A DNA stretch of 64,000 bases from Lineus longissimus (Eukaryota): assembly GCF_910592395.1 (NCBI RefSeq), contig NC_088309.1:22705923-22769922 (forward strand), read 5' to 3'. The notes beneath the pieces were generated by a model. It was not told the DNA's origin and ran no database searches. It saw nothing but the letters and a program-made list of their open reading frames with translations. Within the stretch, counting starts at the first letter, position 1. Each line of letters begins with the position of its first letter. Below are positions 13,089 through 23,661 of the stretch, in pieces. The position numbers and the translations under genes were made by a program.

Positions 13089-13369
13089 CTGGAAAGAGAG
13101 GAGAAAAGGAATGAGAACGTGAACATAACTAGAAATGTCTATTACAAGGCCGTTCTTCATGATGAACTATTCGTATGCTAGTACCAATTTTAAACAAAAT
13201 TTCAATTCTGTGTCCTGCATCAACAGTGAATGGACCTAGCATGGACATGACATGATGAAATTTACACTAGAGATGCCATGTTTATAATACTCGACGTGTA
13301 GCTTGGCTCGCATGAATGAAGAACCTGTTCCAAAGTCAGATTACAACTAGATTACAATACAACACTTGC

Positions 13370-13465
13370 CTTCCTTAACTTCAGCTGGGGCATCGCCTCC
13401 TGCAGCACCAGATGCTGCAGCAGCAGCACCACCACCAGATGGTACACTTGCGAGTTTGGTACGAC
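13370..13465 (-). CDS. RPLP2: RPLP2 coding exon 2 (RTKLASVPSGGGAAAAASGAAGGDAPAEVKE, the Ala/Gly-rich hinge).
   Basis: Acceptor tacag|. The donor is the non-canonical GC type, GAAG|gcaagt. It is the only donor that keeps the frame into the last exon. Confidence 0.85.
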
Positions 13466-13709
13466 CTGTAACAAGGAAGAGATCATTATTTTATAGCTTC
13501 AATAGTTTTTAACAGCAATAGCGACTGATCCAATAAAGTCATGGGACATAGCAACTCAATTTCATCTAATCATTTCTTAAGATTTCACAAAGATGCATCA
13601 TGAAAATTACCAAAGACCTTTCCTCCACATTCTACCAAAGCAAGGACTCACTCGATAATTAGAACCTGCATCAATTCTAACTGATCAGCCTTTTCTCCCA
13701 CATATTTAC

Positions 13710-13881
13710 CTTCAGCCATTACTTCTTCAACATCCTTCCCCTTCAATTCGCTGATGATTTTGTTGATCTTTTCAGCTTCAGCCTCAATACCGACGCTGCC
13801 AAGAATCTTTTCAAGGTCAGCCTTTGTAGGACAATCATTTCCACCGAGGACGGCGAGGAGGTATGCGGCCACGTAACGCAT
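13710..13881 (-). CDS. RPLP2: 60S acidic ribosomal protein P2, coding exon 1 (MRYVAAYLLAVLGGNDCPTKADLEKILGSVGIEAEAEKINKIISELKGKDVEEVMAEG).
   Basis: Unmistakable match to the P2 N-terminus. Donor G|gtaaat. The ATG is preceded by a ...tgtctttcag|A acceptor, so there is a 5'UTR intron. Confidence 0.9.
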
Positions 13882-13893
13882 TCTGAAAGACAA

Positions 13894-14772
13894 GATGTTT
13901 TTTCATAATAACACCGGTACGTAAAGCCTAGGCTTTATCATAAATATGCAGATCAACAACTTTTCAGCCCAAGGCAAAGTTTTCTGTTGCAAACTTTTCT
14001 GCCATGGATAATACCACACTTAAGTTAGTTGGCCCGGAAGTGGTGACGGTACGTTTTCGACAATGGGAGACTGCTCAAACGTGGCATCTGGCAAAGCGAG
14101 GATGCAATCATTCCCAATACCACATTTTCAGAGCCTAAAACGTACTGCTGGCAGTGTGGACTGTCGCCACTTCCGGGACAACTTCTTTTATATGTCTTAT
14201 TTAACGGCCTTGTCCTTGATATAAAGGTATTTGGTAAGGAGTAGGACATATTGATTCCAAGTCTTTCATGATTGGGTGGCGAATAGTAGTAATGCTGAAT
14301 AAACTTTATCATTCGTACATCGTGAGGGTGATACATTTGATGATTTATCATTGTACATAACACACATAAGCCTACAATACATACATACATGCATAGCACA
14401 TGGCCACATCATATACGAATCATTCCACTGCATTGACATTGTGAAGGGGTCGATGTGCAAGTGAAGACAGAAGAGCGAAATAATTTTTAACCCACAAAAA
14501 TTTATCAACAGAATGAAATAGGGTATATGATTAGTAAAAGATTGATTTTGTTTTATTTTATCAACTATATTACGTACTTTTAAGTCTAAAAAGAGACACG
14601 AAACGGACTCGCACACAAATTAGTTTCACGTTAGAGCGTAAAGGAAGTCGGAGAGAATTGCACGGGGCGAACATCCGGCAAGGAGTCCCATTCACAGTCT
14701 CGCGCAATACTGCTGTGCGCCCATAATGAAAATTGAGAACGACAAACATATGTCACTGCGTTTGATTTAATG
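13894..14772. promoter_or_regulatory. Divergent (bidirectional) promoter region between RPLP2 (-) and MED21 (+). It holds a palindromic pair of ETS/GABP-type sites, CCGGAAGTG at ~14037 and CACTTCCGG at ~14169.
   Basis: Head-to-head start codons are ~890 bp apart. The inverted CCGGAAGT motifs were read directly. ETS/GABP sites are characteristic of ribosomal-protein promoters. Confidence 0.5.
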
Positions 14773-14814
14773 ATGGCAGACAGGTTGACTCAACTTCAAG
14801 ATTCCGTCAATCAG
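14773..14814 (+). CDS. MED21: Mediator subunit 21, exon 1 (MADRLTQLQDSVNQ).
   Basis: Identical to the MED21/Srb7 N-terminus, then CAG|gttcta. Confidence 0.9.
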
Positions 14815-15497
14815 GTTCTAAATTTCTACTAAATGTCCAATCAAAAGCAGCCAGCACTGGGCAGTATGTTATCTTGAAGAGTTGAAGTATCTTCACTCCA
14901 AAAATTGATGCCCATCCATTGCATAGACTTTGCACAGCAGCCATTTTTGTAACGAAATTTCTAACTTGTTTGTGCTGCCACCATTTGGTGAAATATGTAA
15001 CCATGTGTAACTTGGCCTGCTGTCAAAATCTGACAGAAATCTGCCATTGCTGTCTTTTATCTAACATGTATTAAGTAATGGCTGTATGTATACTGTCTTT
15101 TTAGCAGAGAGATTCCATACCCCACCTAGTGTGTGTGATTAGATTACTGGTGCACTGCCAAGTGCCATGCTTGTGTTGTGATGTTGCCAATGAATTTATA
15201 ATTGCAATGGGTACATCGGTCCACATCCATTGACCCGTCCGGTCCACAGTATGCCACCACAATGTCTAGATCTCCCACAAACACAAAAGCTCTCGCTCCA
15301 GGCCCATGTGGAGTAAAGTACCAAACAAAGTTTTAAGTATTGCTGGCCCTGTAGGCTGTACCCAAGTTCTCTACAGTTACCATTTTTTTAACATATTAAT
15401 GGGCGGTAGAATTGTCCTCGCACCCATCTTGAATATCAAGAAGATTGGCCTTTCTTTCTTATGACATACTTCTTATAATTCTCATTTTATTATGAAG

Positions 15498-15609
15498 CTT
15501 GCTGACCATTTTTGCAATGGTATTGGTGTCCTTCAACAAAGTGCAACTCCTGGGTCATTTCCAGGTTTTGAAAAGACTGGGAACAAAACACCTACAGAAT
15601 CAAGTGATG
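15498..15609 (+). CDS. MED21: MED21 exon 2 (LADHFCNGIGVLQQSATPGSFPGFEKTGNKTPTESSD).
   Basis: Matches MED21 LADQFCNAIGVLQQ. Acceptor ttatgaag| and donor G|gtgagt. Confidence 0.85.
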
Positions 15610-15838
15610 GTGAGTGTGAAATTCGTTGTCGGGAATTAGTTGTAATGCAGCTGGATTCTCCACCTTTAGAACTGTATTAATGATACTTAGAAAAGAAAAT
15701 ATTTTAATTGAAATATGCAGAATGGGAATGCAAATGTACTCGAATGCAGTTTATAATAAAACCAGTGTGCAATAAAAGATACAGTCGTCTTTGAATTTTC
15801 CGTATATCATGCCTGAACAGTGTTCTAATCCTTTTCAG

Positions 15839-15939
15839 ACTATGCTCCTCTCTTTGCCCAGTTGATAGCAAGAACAGCCAAGGATATTGATGTACTAATT
15901 GATTCATTGCCAAGTGAAGAATCCTCAACAGACTTGCAG
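15839..15939 (+). CDS. MED21: MED21 exon 3 ([34 protein letters not shown]).
   Basis: Near-identical to human MED21 ([30 protein letters not shown]). Acceptor cttttcag| and donor CAG|gtaaat. Confidence 0.9.
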
Positions 15940-16288
15940 GTAAATTGTCTGCAGTAAGATTGCTCCTGGAGTGGAAGATCAATATCGCAAATAGAGCCTG
16001 GGCTCATAACCAGTAGGTTAGGGTAGGGTTTACTCTGTGCGTGTTCTCGAGCAGGACACCCAACCACATTTCTTATTTCCATTCAGGAGAAAATGGGTGC
16101 CAGTCTTCACCGCAATTAATCTGACTAATATCCTATTCAGTAGGAGAAGTGGTCCTTGTCACTTCTAACATGACTCGAGTCGCCCACAATCGAGAATCTG
16201 AAATGTTGTTATGTTGTTATGTTGGCCAAGATTATTGTATGTTCTTCCCTTTGATACTCAATTTTAAAATGCAATTTTTGCATTCCAG

Positions 16289-16462
16289 GCAGCATGTTTG
16301 AGACGACTAGAGGCAGAGAACAATGACGCTGCCAGGCGACTGGAGGAGGTGGTAAAACGTGGAGAAACGGTCCTTGAACAGATACAACAAGCTTTACATG
16401 AGATTGCTCTATCTCAACTTGAGTCGCAAAGTCTGGAATACGAAGCTGTCCTCAACAGATGA
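16289..16462 (+). CDS. MED21: MED21 last exon (AACLRRLEAENNDAARRLEEVVKRGETVLEQIQQALHEIALSQLESQSLEYEAVLNR, then stop).
   Basis: Acceptor cattccag|. Matches the MED21 C-terminal coiled coil. TGA stop at 16460-16462. Confidence 0.85.
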   Translation, partial: AACLRRLEAENNDAARRLEEVVKRGETVLEQIQQALHEIALSQLESQSLEYEAVLNR

Positions 16463-19272
16463 TGATGATGGCCGATTTGTTTTTTTGGGAACTTTTTTGT
16501 GGTGCTGTGTGTGTTAGAAGTGCTACTGCTACTATAAGCTGGGTTAATGTTCTTCTAGGCATATTGCATTAAATGGAGGGATAAACAATCCGAGTACATG
16601 ATAAACTTGTAGAGGACGATTTTATGATGCCAGTGCAGAAATGTGAAGAAAGCCATTAGAGGGATTGTGCAAGGTCTTAAATGAAACTGTGTTCGAGAAT
16701 TAAGGTCTGATTCCTATACAACGGTGTGCAACTTTCTCCAGCTTTGTGGTCCGAGTCTGTATTTAGCATTGGAATAAAACCAGCACCTGTGAAAGCCGCA
16801 TGGTTTCTGACTTGCCCACTGTGAAACATACAAAATGTATATTTTTGCATGGTGTTCATTGGTAACATGCCTGTATGTTTTACAGCTACTGACTGCAGAA
16901 TCCCCAGTTATTTATGACAATAAAGGCTAATAAGAAAGATAAGATTTCTCTTGAACCCTTTTTTTATGTTGATGGAGAAGTTTTCAAAGCATGAACATAC
17001 TCCTGCAAAAGAAAGCATTAGTGATACCAGGTGTATAAGGTATAGTTTAAGTTATGTTTGGTGTAACAACTGCTAACTTAGTTGTTCCAACAACTGCCAC
17101 AACTTAACACTTCCCATACCTTGAGGGACTTGTGGTCTGGTCTTGTCTGATGTCGAGACAGTTGTAACATCCAGATTACACCATTTGCAGCCTGCCCTGC
17201 GAAAGACAATGGCTGTTCTTGGAAGCATTTATACATCTTTGGTTTTCCAGATGACAACCCACCCAATGCATGATCTGAAATGAACACACTGGTCCGACGA
17301 ACTCCTTCCGGTGAATGTCGAACCTATGTTGTGGTGTGTTATCTGCCCTTGGTAACATCCCTCGTATGAAATGCAAATGCCTACACAAAGGCCCTAATGA
17401 GCTCTACATCAAATATCTGGCTGGGCATAATGTGTACAAAGGGCCAATTTGATGAATCGCTAAAGGCCTTTTCAGGCAGATGCTAACACAGAAGCTGTGC
17501 TTGAATTGTCGCCCAATAATCAAGAGGATGTAGTTGAAGCTGACCATACTTCTACTACTTATAATCGGAGGAACACCTCTACCTTGTCCATGGCACTTAC
17601 TTGGTATGACTAGGAGTCGTCCTTGACATTCCCTTTATAGTTATAGTAAGACTACTATCATTAAATAAGCAGCAACTTTGCACAAGATACATAGCACTAC
17701 ACTCAAGGAAAAGTAAATATTGCTAATAAAGAAAGGAATGCAGTCAACACATTTGATTTCTATACATGAAATCTATTGCAGGTTTATTACCTTGATTATA
17801 ATGGCAAACAATATCTAAAACATTATAAATATTGCCTTAAAAAGGCAAGGCAAACTGGCTTGCAGATTTATGAATTACTTCCATACGAAACTGATGTACA
17901 CAGTTCCTGTAATGGAGCACTTCTTACTATTATGTACATGTTATTTAGAGAGGTTCCAAGCCGTCCCAATCTCACTTCCACAGCAAGAACTTGCACTCAA
18001 TCCACCAGAACAGACATGAAATGACTCAATGCATCTTGCTATGGGACAAGATGTCACTTAAAACTTGCTGTCCAGTCATTTTCATAGTACAGGAAAATCC
18101 AACATCAACTGCTATCATAATAATATGCAGAAAGGGATGAACTTGGAGTGGCAGATTCGTCAAAAATCTGTTTCTGTGGGATGTAAAAATTATACCCCCT
18201 TACTTCCTACATCCTGCAAATAGACCTAGGTAAGACAAACATGACCACTGTTGTGATGAAAACACATCATACATCCTTTGTTACTGAGTTGCACAGAGAG
18301 AGATTCTGTGGTGATAGATAGACTTCCATCCACCCTTATTGGTCTGATGCAGACAAAAACACAATTAGAAGGTTGCGATAGGATCACTTTAGCACAAGCC
18401 TAACAATACATTGTACAATACTTTAGGTACTTATTCACAGAACAGGTAAATCCAGACCAAAAGATAATGAACTGCAATACAGCTGATCACTCTGTGCAAT
18501 TTGTAACAGCAAACAAATTGACAAAAGCAATAACATTTTCAATGCGAAATAAAATCGACAGAGATAAAAATCACAATCAAACAATTTGCAAGGTACATGT
18601 ATTTCATAACCTAAAACTGAGGAACCTAATACACAACCTCACTCTTGTCAGTAACATACAACTACCTCATTCAAAACATGTTAGCAAAACTTAGTTGAAT
18701 TTCGAAAACTGTAGCACACCACACAAATTTTATATCTTCAAAATTAAGATTCAATAACAATACAAGGAAAATTTCTGGCCTTGGGCCTATGCAGTATGCA
18801 GGCCTGTTCAAACAAGTATGAGTTGGATGCCACTTTTACAATCCCAATTTTTTAGGTTGCTGCAACTTCATTCCAAGTACAAAAGTCCTACTTCTGACCT
18901 AAAACGAGGTTCACTCACATCTCCAGATTAGTATCCAGATTTAGACCTGGTAAACTACAACTCGCTGTTCCAGAACATTGTATTTTCCCATGCATTCACT
19001 GTATATTGTGCGCTTAGCCACAAATGAGAGGGAGGGGATTGTGGACGTCCTCCCAACAAAATTTTTGAATAGAGATGCTCCGAGGTGCAATTTCAATGCT
19101 ACCGGTACTTCCTTATACAAAGTTTCAGAAACTTGCAATTTTTTACACATCAAGCCAAAGACTGCACATAGCTCAATATAATAATTGTACATTTCAGCTC
19201 CTCCCGGAAGTTAACTGAAACTTCAATGTGGAAATCACTGGTATTGTCATCTACTGAAGGTTCATGATGCAC

Positions 19273-22200
19273 CTATGCAGGTTTTGAAGATATCTCAAAA
19301 TATTTGGCAAAGTCTGGATTCCTTTTGATGTCCTCTAGTTGAACAACTGGCGTCATATCCAACTTTGAGTCAACTGGAAGTGCGCTTCTCTTCTGCACAC
19401 AACTGCGTGAAGCTTTCCAATCTTCTATCATTGTTCGCATGGTCTTAAGAGCCTTCAAGTTATCCTTTTGATTCTTAATCACTGTTGAATTACCTCCGTG
19501 AATCTTGTTGCCATGTCTCTTCACTTCATAACTTTCGTGCGAGGTAAAGATGCACTTGCTGCATTTGTACGGTCTCAGCTTAGTGTGATTAAAGATGAGA
19601 TGCCTCTTTAGAGAAGTCAGATTATAAACAAAGCTTTGGCAAAGATGGCATTGGAGTTGTTCAGATGGTCGTGCAGGGGCCTTCTTTTGGCGAAGTCTTG
19701 TAGTTTTAACTGGTACATTACTCGAAGAAGTGGTCATGGACTCCGTAACAACTTTCACCTCAACAACTGGATCTGATGTCTTTGTTGTGCTGGAGACAGG
19801 AACTACACTTTTAGTAACAGGAACCTTTGGGCAAACAAGAAACTTTGGGGAAATAAGCATCTTTGAAGCAGAAACCACCACTTTACTAGATGGACTAGCC
19901 ACAGTTTTTGAAGGTGATACTGGACTTGTCTCCAGAGAAACAGCAGGTTTTCTGGCTTTTAGTCCCTTCAGCTTTTGCTTGACCTTCTTTGATGATGATT
20001 TCGGCTCTTGCTTTATCTTCTTTGATAACGGTTCATCGTCAGAATCAGGTTGAGTATCTGCATCACCCCAAGCAGGTGGAACATCGAAATCATCTAGATC
20101 ATCATCTTCTTCCTTCCGTAGTTTACTTTGATCAGTTGCAGCTCCAGTAAAGCAAAGGTCTACATCAACCATCAATTGTTTTGAGACATGCACCTCCTTA
20201 TGGTGCTTCCTTGCCTCCACTAAGCTCGAGAATTTCTCTTTACAGTGCATACATATGCATGCATATGCCGGAGTACTAGGGAAGGCTTCAGGTACTGGGT
20301 CACCTGCATTCTCTGTATGAAACATTTCATCCAGCAGCAAGACCTCTCTTGCCAAGTCTTCCATCTGAGTGACGAGCATGATGTACGCCTTTGTTTCAAC
20401 AACATCATCATACTCTTCCTTTGACCCATGTATGAAGCGAACATGGCGATAGATGTGTTTGTCATTACTGTAGTCACAGTGAGCGCAGCGGTATTGCTCA
20501 ATATTCAGATGTTCCTGCACATGCTTCTTGAAAGCATCAATACTTCTAGCTGTATAGGAACACTTACTACATTTGTAGATACACGACCTGCCCGAGCTAT
20601 TTATACAAATTGCTCTGTAATGTTCTGGGACAGAAGCTGTGCTACCTTTGAGTAGCTCTCCTCTACGGTTTTGCTTGACGTAAGATTGTGTCAAGTAGCG
20701 CTCCAGTGATTTCTTAACGGATTTTTCCTTCACCTCAGTCACAAAGACCACGTCAGTTCTCCCTCGGAGTTCAGGGTGTTTGCTATTCACATGATCTTGC
20801 ACGGACACACGAAAACCCGACTCAAATGAACAAAATGTACAGGAGTACGGCTTAATTTTTGTATGGCTCACTAAAAAGTGCTGCCTTGCCTCTTTCCTTG
20901 TGGCACACCAATATCTGCAATGGATACAAATATATTCTTTGTGTACCAGGCTAGACTTAGATTTTTCACCAGATGTGGAATGTGTTACCTCAGGTGCTGG
21001 AGCAGCAGGAGGCTTTTTTCCCTTCATTTTCTTACTCGAAGCTAGGAGTAGAGCTACATCGGTCCCCTCATTGACTGCCACCTCAACAATCATATCACCT
21101 GCAGCCTTAGCCTGTTCATCAAAAATGTCATCCAACACATTCATTGCTTTCCTTAGTGTTGTGTCTGGACCGTGGCTAGTCAGATGTTTTCCTAAAAACA
21201 TTGTCGACAGAAATCTCGCCCCACAAAGACTGCATTCGTAAGGTTTGTATGCCAAGTGCGTACAGACCACATGGTTCTTGCTATTGCTGTAGCTGGTGCT
21301 ATACATATCGCACTGCTGACAGCGAAACACTTTCTTGTAGTTAGGTTGTTTAGAGGGATACCATCTTTGGTTGGAATTTGGTGTGGATGTGGACAGATGC
21401 GGTTCTGGTGTTGCAGAATATGGAGTGTCTTGACAAGCATATGAGGTAAAGGGCGATTCGGTTCGTGTAACCGGTGCAGTGGGATCAAATTTAGGAATGG
21501 GTTTCAGGGAATACTCCGGCGCTATCCTTCCACATGTCTTTAGAGTCGCTTCAATCCACTTCAGCTGTACTTCCGCCACTGCTTCATCCTTTATAATATC
21601 ATTAGAAAGATGGACTTCCATGGCATGGGAACTTGCCACCAGTTCTTGTTTAAAATTTTGCCCACATTTGCCACATTTATATGGAAATACGCTCGAGTGA
21701 AATGCCAGGTGTATGGCAAGTCCAGCTTTTCCACACGGTCCAAAGTTACAGAGTTTACAAAGTTCCAACTCTCTGCAGACCTTGGATTCCAAAAGTGCAT
21801 CAGGGAGTTGAATGGAGTTCTCCAAAACTAAATTCTGAGCATCCTTTTTCTGTTCCACCATCGATTCGTAGTCAGTTATGATGCCAGCTATCAGCTTCTT
21901 ATCATTTCCATGGGTTTTCTTTATGTGCGATACACAACCATGCTTATACGTATAGGAGTTATCACATCTAGCAAATGGACACTTGTGCGGCTTGAATGAC
22001 AGATGAAGGAACATGTGCTGGAGGAGAGCACTTGGCGTTCTACATGCAAAATGACAAATTTGACACAAGTGTGGCAAATCCATATCTGAAGGCAAAGCCA
22101 TCCTTTCTGCATAACCATTAAAGAGCAAAATATCCTTTCGCAGCAATTCAATGTCAGCCATTTGGAGTTTCTTCAAGTAAGTGTTAATTCGGACACTGAC

Positions 22201-23661
22201 CTTTGGGTTTTCGGCACACTCTTTTGATTCCTTGATATGATTATTGGCCAACAACTGAAGCTTGAACTGGCTTGAACATACGGAGCACTGGTACGGCGTA
22301 TAGCACAGATGGCTTGCAATATGTGGAGTTAAATGATAGACATACGGCTGAGGACCTGACCCACATACCATGCACCACCATTGAGAGGATGTCACATTGT
22401 CATTTTGCAGTCCGTCTTTCAGGAAATCCTTGCATTTTCTCTCTGTTACTTCAAGCATCATTTTGCGACTGCTGCTGTTTAAAGCAAAAGACTGCGGCTC
22501 TGCCTTGTGGCGATTCTTTGAGTGCAATTCAAGACCTCGCTTGTTGAATGCCTCCTTCCCACACAATAAACACATATATGCCATACAGCTGTAAGGGTTG
22601 TGATACTTTGAAACATGGATTTTGAACTTGTCCTCAGAGTTGGATTTATATGAACATTTATGACAAGTGTACACATACAAGCCAGATTGTACAGTAATTA
22701 GTTTAAGGGTAACATCTTTACTCGTTTGATCTTCTGTTTTTTTAACTTCCTTTGGCCTTTCTACAACCTTTTGGACTGGAGTGGTGTCATCTGCTTTGCC
22801 TATGGCGTGATCTTGAACTAAATGGTCTTCAATGTGCATGTATGTCTGCGAGATGAAAGCACAGCAAGGGCAGTGATAAATGTGCATACTCTTATGAATG
22901 CGCCACATGTGCTGTTCAAGCTCCATGGGACACATTGTCTCAAAAGTACAATTCCTACAACTATACCGACCGACAATATGTTTTTGTTGACAATGTGAGC
23001 ACTGAACCTTAGAAATATTTACAGCCAATGAACCAGGAGATGGATTGGCAGAACTTTTCTTTTCAGGCAAATGAAAAGTAGCCTGATGGGCCGCAACCTC
23101 TTTTAATTCATTGTGGGTGAAAGGACACCTCGAACACCTGTAAACACGCTTGTTATTAGTACCATGCAGTAAACTCACTACATTACCCGAGCCTGCAGGG
23201 GACATCTGCTGTATGACAACAGGACTCGGTACAACACTTTTTGCAGCGATAGCTAAAGATTTTTGAAAATTGTCTCTGGAGACATCAACAGAACTTTTTA
23301 GCTTTTTTTTCTCGACCCATGAAGTGACCTCTATATTGACTGCATCAAGTTTCTGCTCTTTCAAAGCAGCTTCAGCGCACATATAACCGGTCATTTGCTC
23401 AAGGTATGAGGCACATGCACTTGCCACAGAACTATCCGACTGATTTCTCAGGATTGTTTGCACTAGATCAGAATCATCAATGTTCACAGGAACACAGGGT
23501 TTTGTTGTCAAGTCCTCGAAATCTGGATCTAGCATGACCTCAAGGCCATCAATCATCATGGTGTTGCCAATAAGCGGAATATTCTGCTCAGTCATTGCCT
23601 CCTCAAGGCAAAAATAATCTGGGTGCGACACCATCCCAGTCATCATGTCAAGAGCTGCCAT
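19273..23661 (-). CDS. Large multi-C2H2 zinc-finger protein. The 1,462-codon CDS is uninterrupted and lies in a single exon.
   Basis: A 4.4 kb ORF with more than 20 CxxC...HxxxH C2H2 units (for example YRCAHCDYSNDKHIYRHVRFIHG and YKCSKCSYTARSIDAFKKHVQEHL). The start is placed at MAALDMM (gataagaaacagaaacATGG context), 18 codons inside the ORF. A ttccag| acceptor at ~23687 upstream of the ATG implies a spliced 5'UTR. Confidence 0.8.
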   Translation of the reverse strand: MAALDMMTGMVSHPDYFCLEEAMTEQNIPLIGNTMMIDGLEVMLDPDFEDLTTKPCVPVNIDDSDLVQTILRNQSDSSVASACASYLEQMTGYMCAEAALKEQKLDAVNIEVTSWVEKKKLKSSVDVSRDNFQKSLAIAAKSVVPSPVVIQQMSPAGSGNVVSLLHGTNNKRVYRCSRCPFTHNELKEVAAHQATFHLPEKKSSANPSPGSLAVNISKVQCSHCQQKHIVGRYSCRNCTFETMCPMELEQHMWRIHKSMHIYHCPCCAFISQTYMHIEDHLVQDHAIGKADDTTPVQKVVERPKEVKKTEDQTSKDVTLKLITVQSGLYVYTCHKCSYKSNSEDKFKIHVSKYHNPYSCMAYMCLLCGKEAFNKRGLELHSKNRHKAEPQSFALNSSSRKMMLEVTERKCKDFLKDGLQNDNVTSSQWWCMVCGSGPQPYVYHLTPHIASHLCYTPYQCSVCSSQFKLQLLANNHIKESKECAENPKVSVRINTYLKKLQMADIELLRKDILLFNGYAERMALPSDMDLPHLCQICHFACRTPSALLQHMFLHLSFKPHKCPFARCDNSYTYKHGCVSHIKKTHGNDKKLIAGIITDYESMVEQKKDAQNLVLENSIQLPDALLESKVCRELELCKLCNFGPCGKAGLAIHLAFHSSVFPYKCGKCGQNFKQELVASSHAMEVHLSNDIIKDEAVAEVQLKWIEATLKTCGRIAPEYSLKPIPKFDPTAPVTRTESPFTSYACQDTPYSATPEPHLSTSTPNSNQRWYPSKQPNYKKVFRCQQCDMYSTSYSNSKNHVVCTHLAYKPYECSLCGARFLSTMFLGKHLTSHGPDTTLRKAMNVLDDIFDEQAKAAGDMIVEVAVNEGTDVALLLASSKKMKGKKPPAAPAPEVTHSTSGEKSKSSLVHKEYICIHCRYWCATRKEARQHFLVSHTKIKPYSCTFCSFESGFRVSVQDHVNSKHPELRGRTDVVFVTEVKEKSVKKSLERYLTQSYVKQNRRGELLKGSTASVPEHYRAICINSSGRSCIYKCSKCSYTARSIDAFKKHVQEHLNIEQYRCAHCDYSNDKHIYRHVRFIHGSKEEYDDVVETKAYIMLVTQMEDLAREVLLLDEMFHTENAGDPVPEAFPSTPAYACICMHCKEKFSSLVEARKHHKEVHVSKQLMVDVDLCFTGAATDQSKLRKEEDDDLDDFDVPPAWGDADTQPDSDDEPLSKKIKQEPKSSSKKVKQKLKGLKARKPAVSLETSPVSPSKTVASPSSKVVVSASKMLISPKFLVCPKVPVTKSVVPVSSTTKTSDPVVEVKVVTESMTTSSSNVPVKTTRLRQKKAPARPSEQLQCHLCQSFVYNLTSLKRHLIFNHTKLRPYKCSKCIFTSHESYEVKRHGNKIHGGNSTVIKNQKDNLKALKTMRTMIEDWKASRSCVQKRSALPVDSKLDMTPVVQLEDIKRNPDFAKYFEISSKPA

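Noticed and set aside
13089-13709. Possible intronic snoRNA in RPLP2 introns (ATGATGA motifs at ~13155 and ~13255)
   Set aside because: The C-box-like motifs are on the plus strand, while the host gene is transcribed from the minus strand. No correctly ordered C/D or H/ACA box set was found on the transcribed strand.
19730-22594. Several 60-110-aa plus-strand ORFs (19730..20053, 20428..20655, 20900..21241, 21256..21444, 21479..21831, 22272..22594)
   Set aside because: All lie antisense to the long, homology-supported C2H2 zinc-finger CDS. They have low-complexity composition and no domain signal, so they are shadow ORFs of a long coding region.
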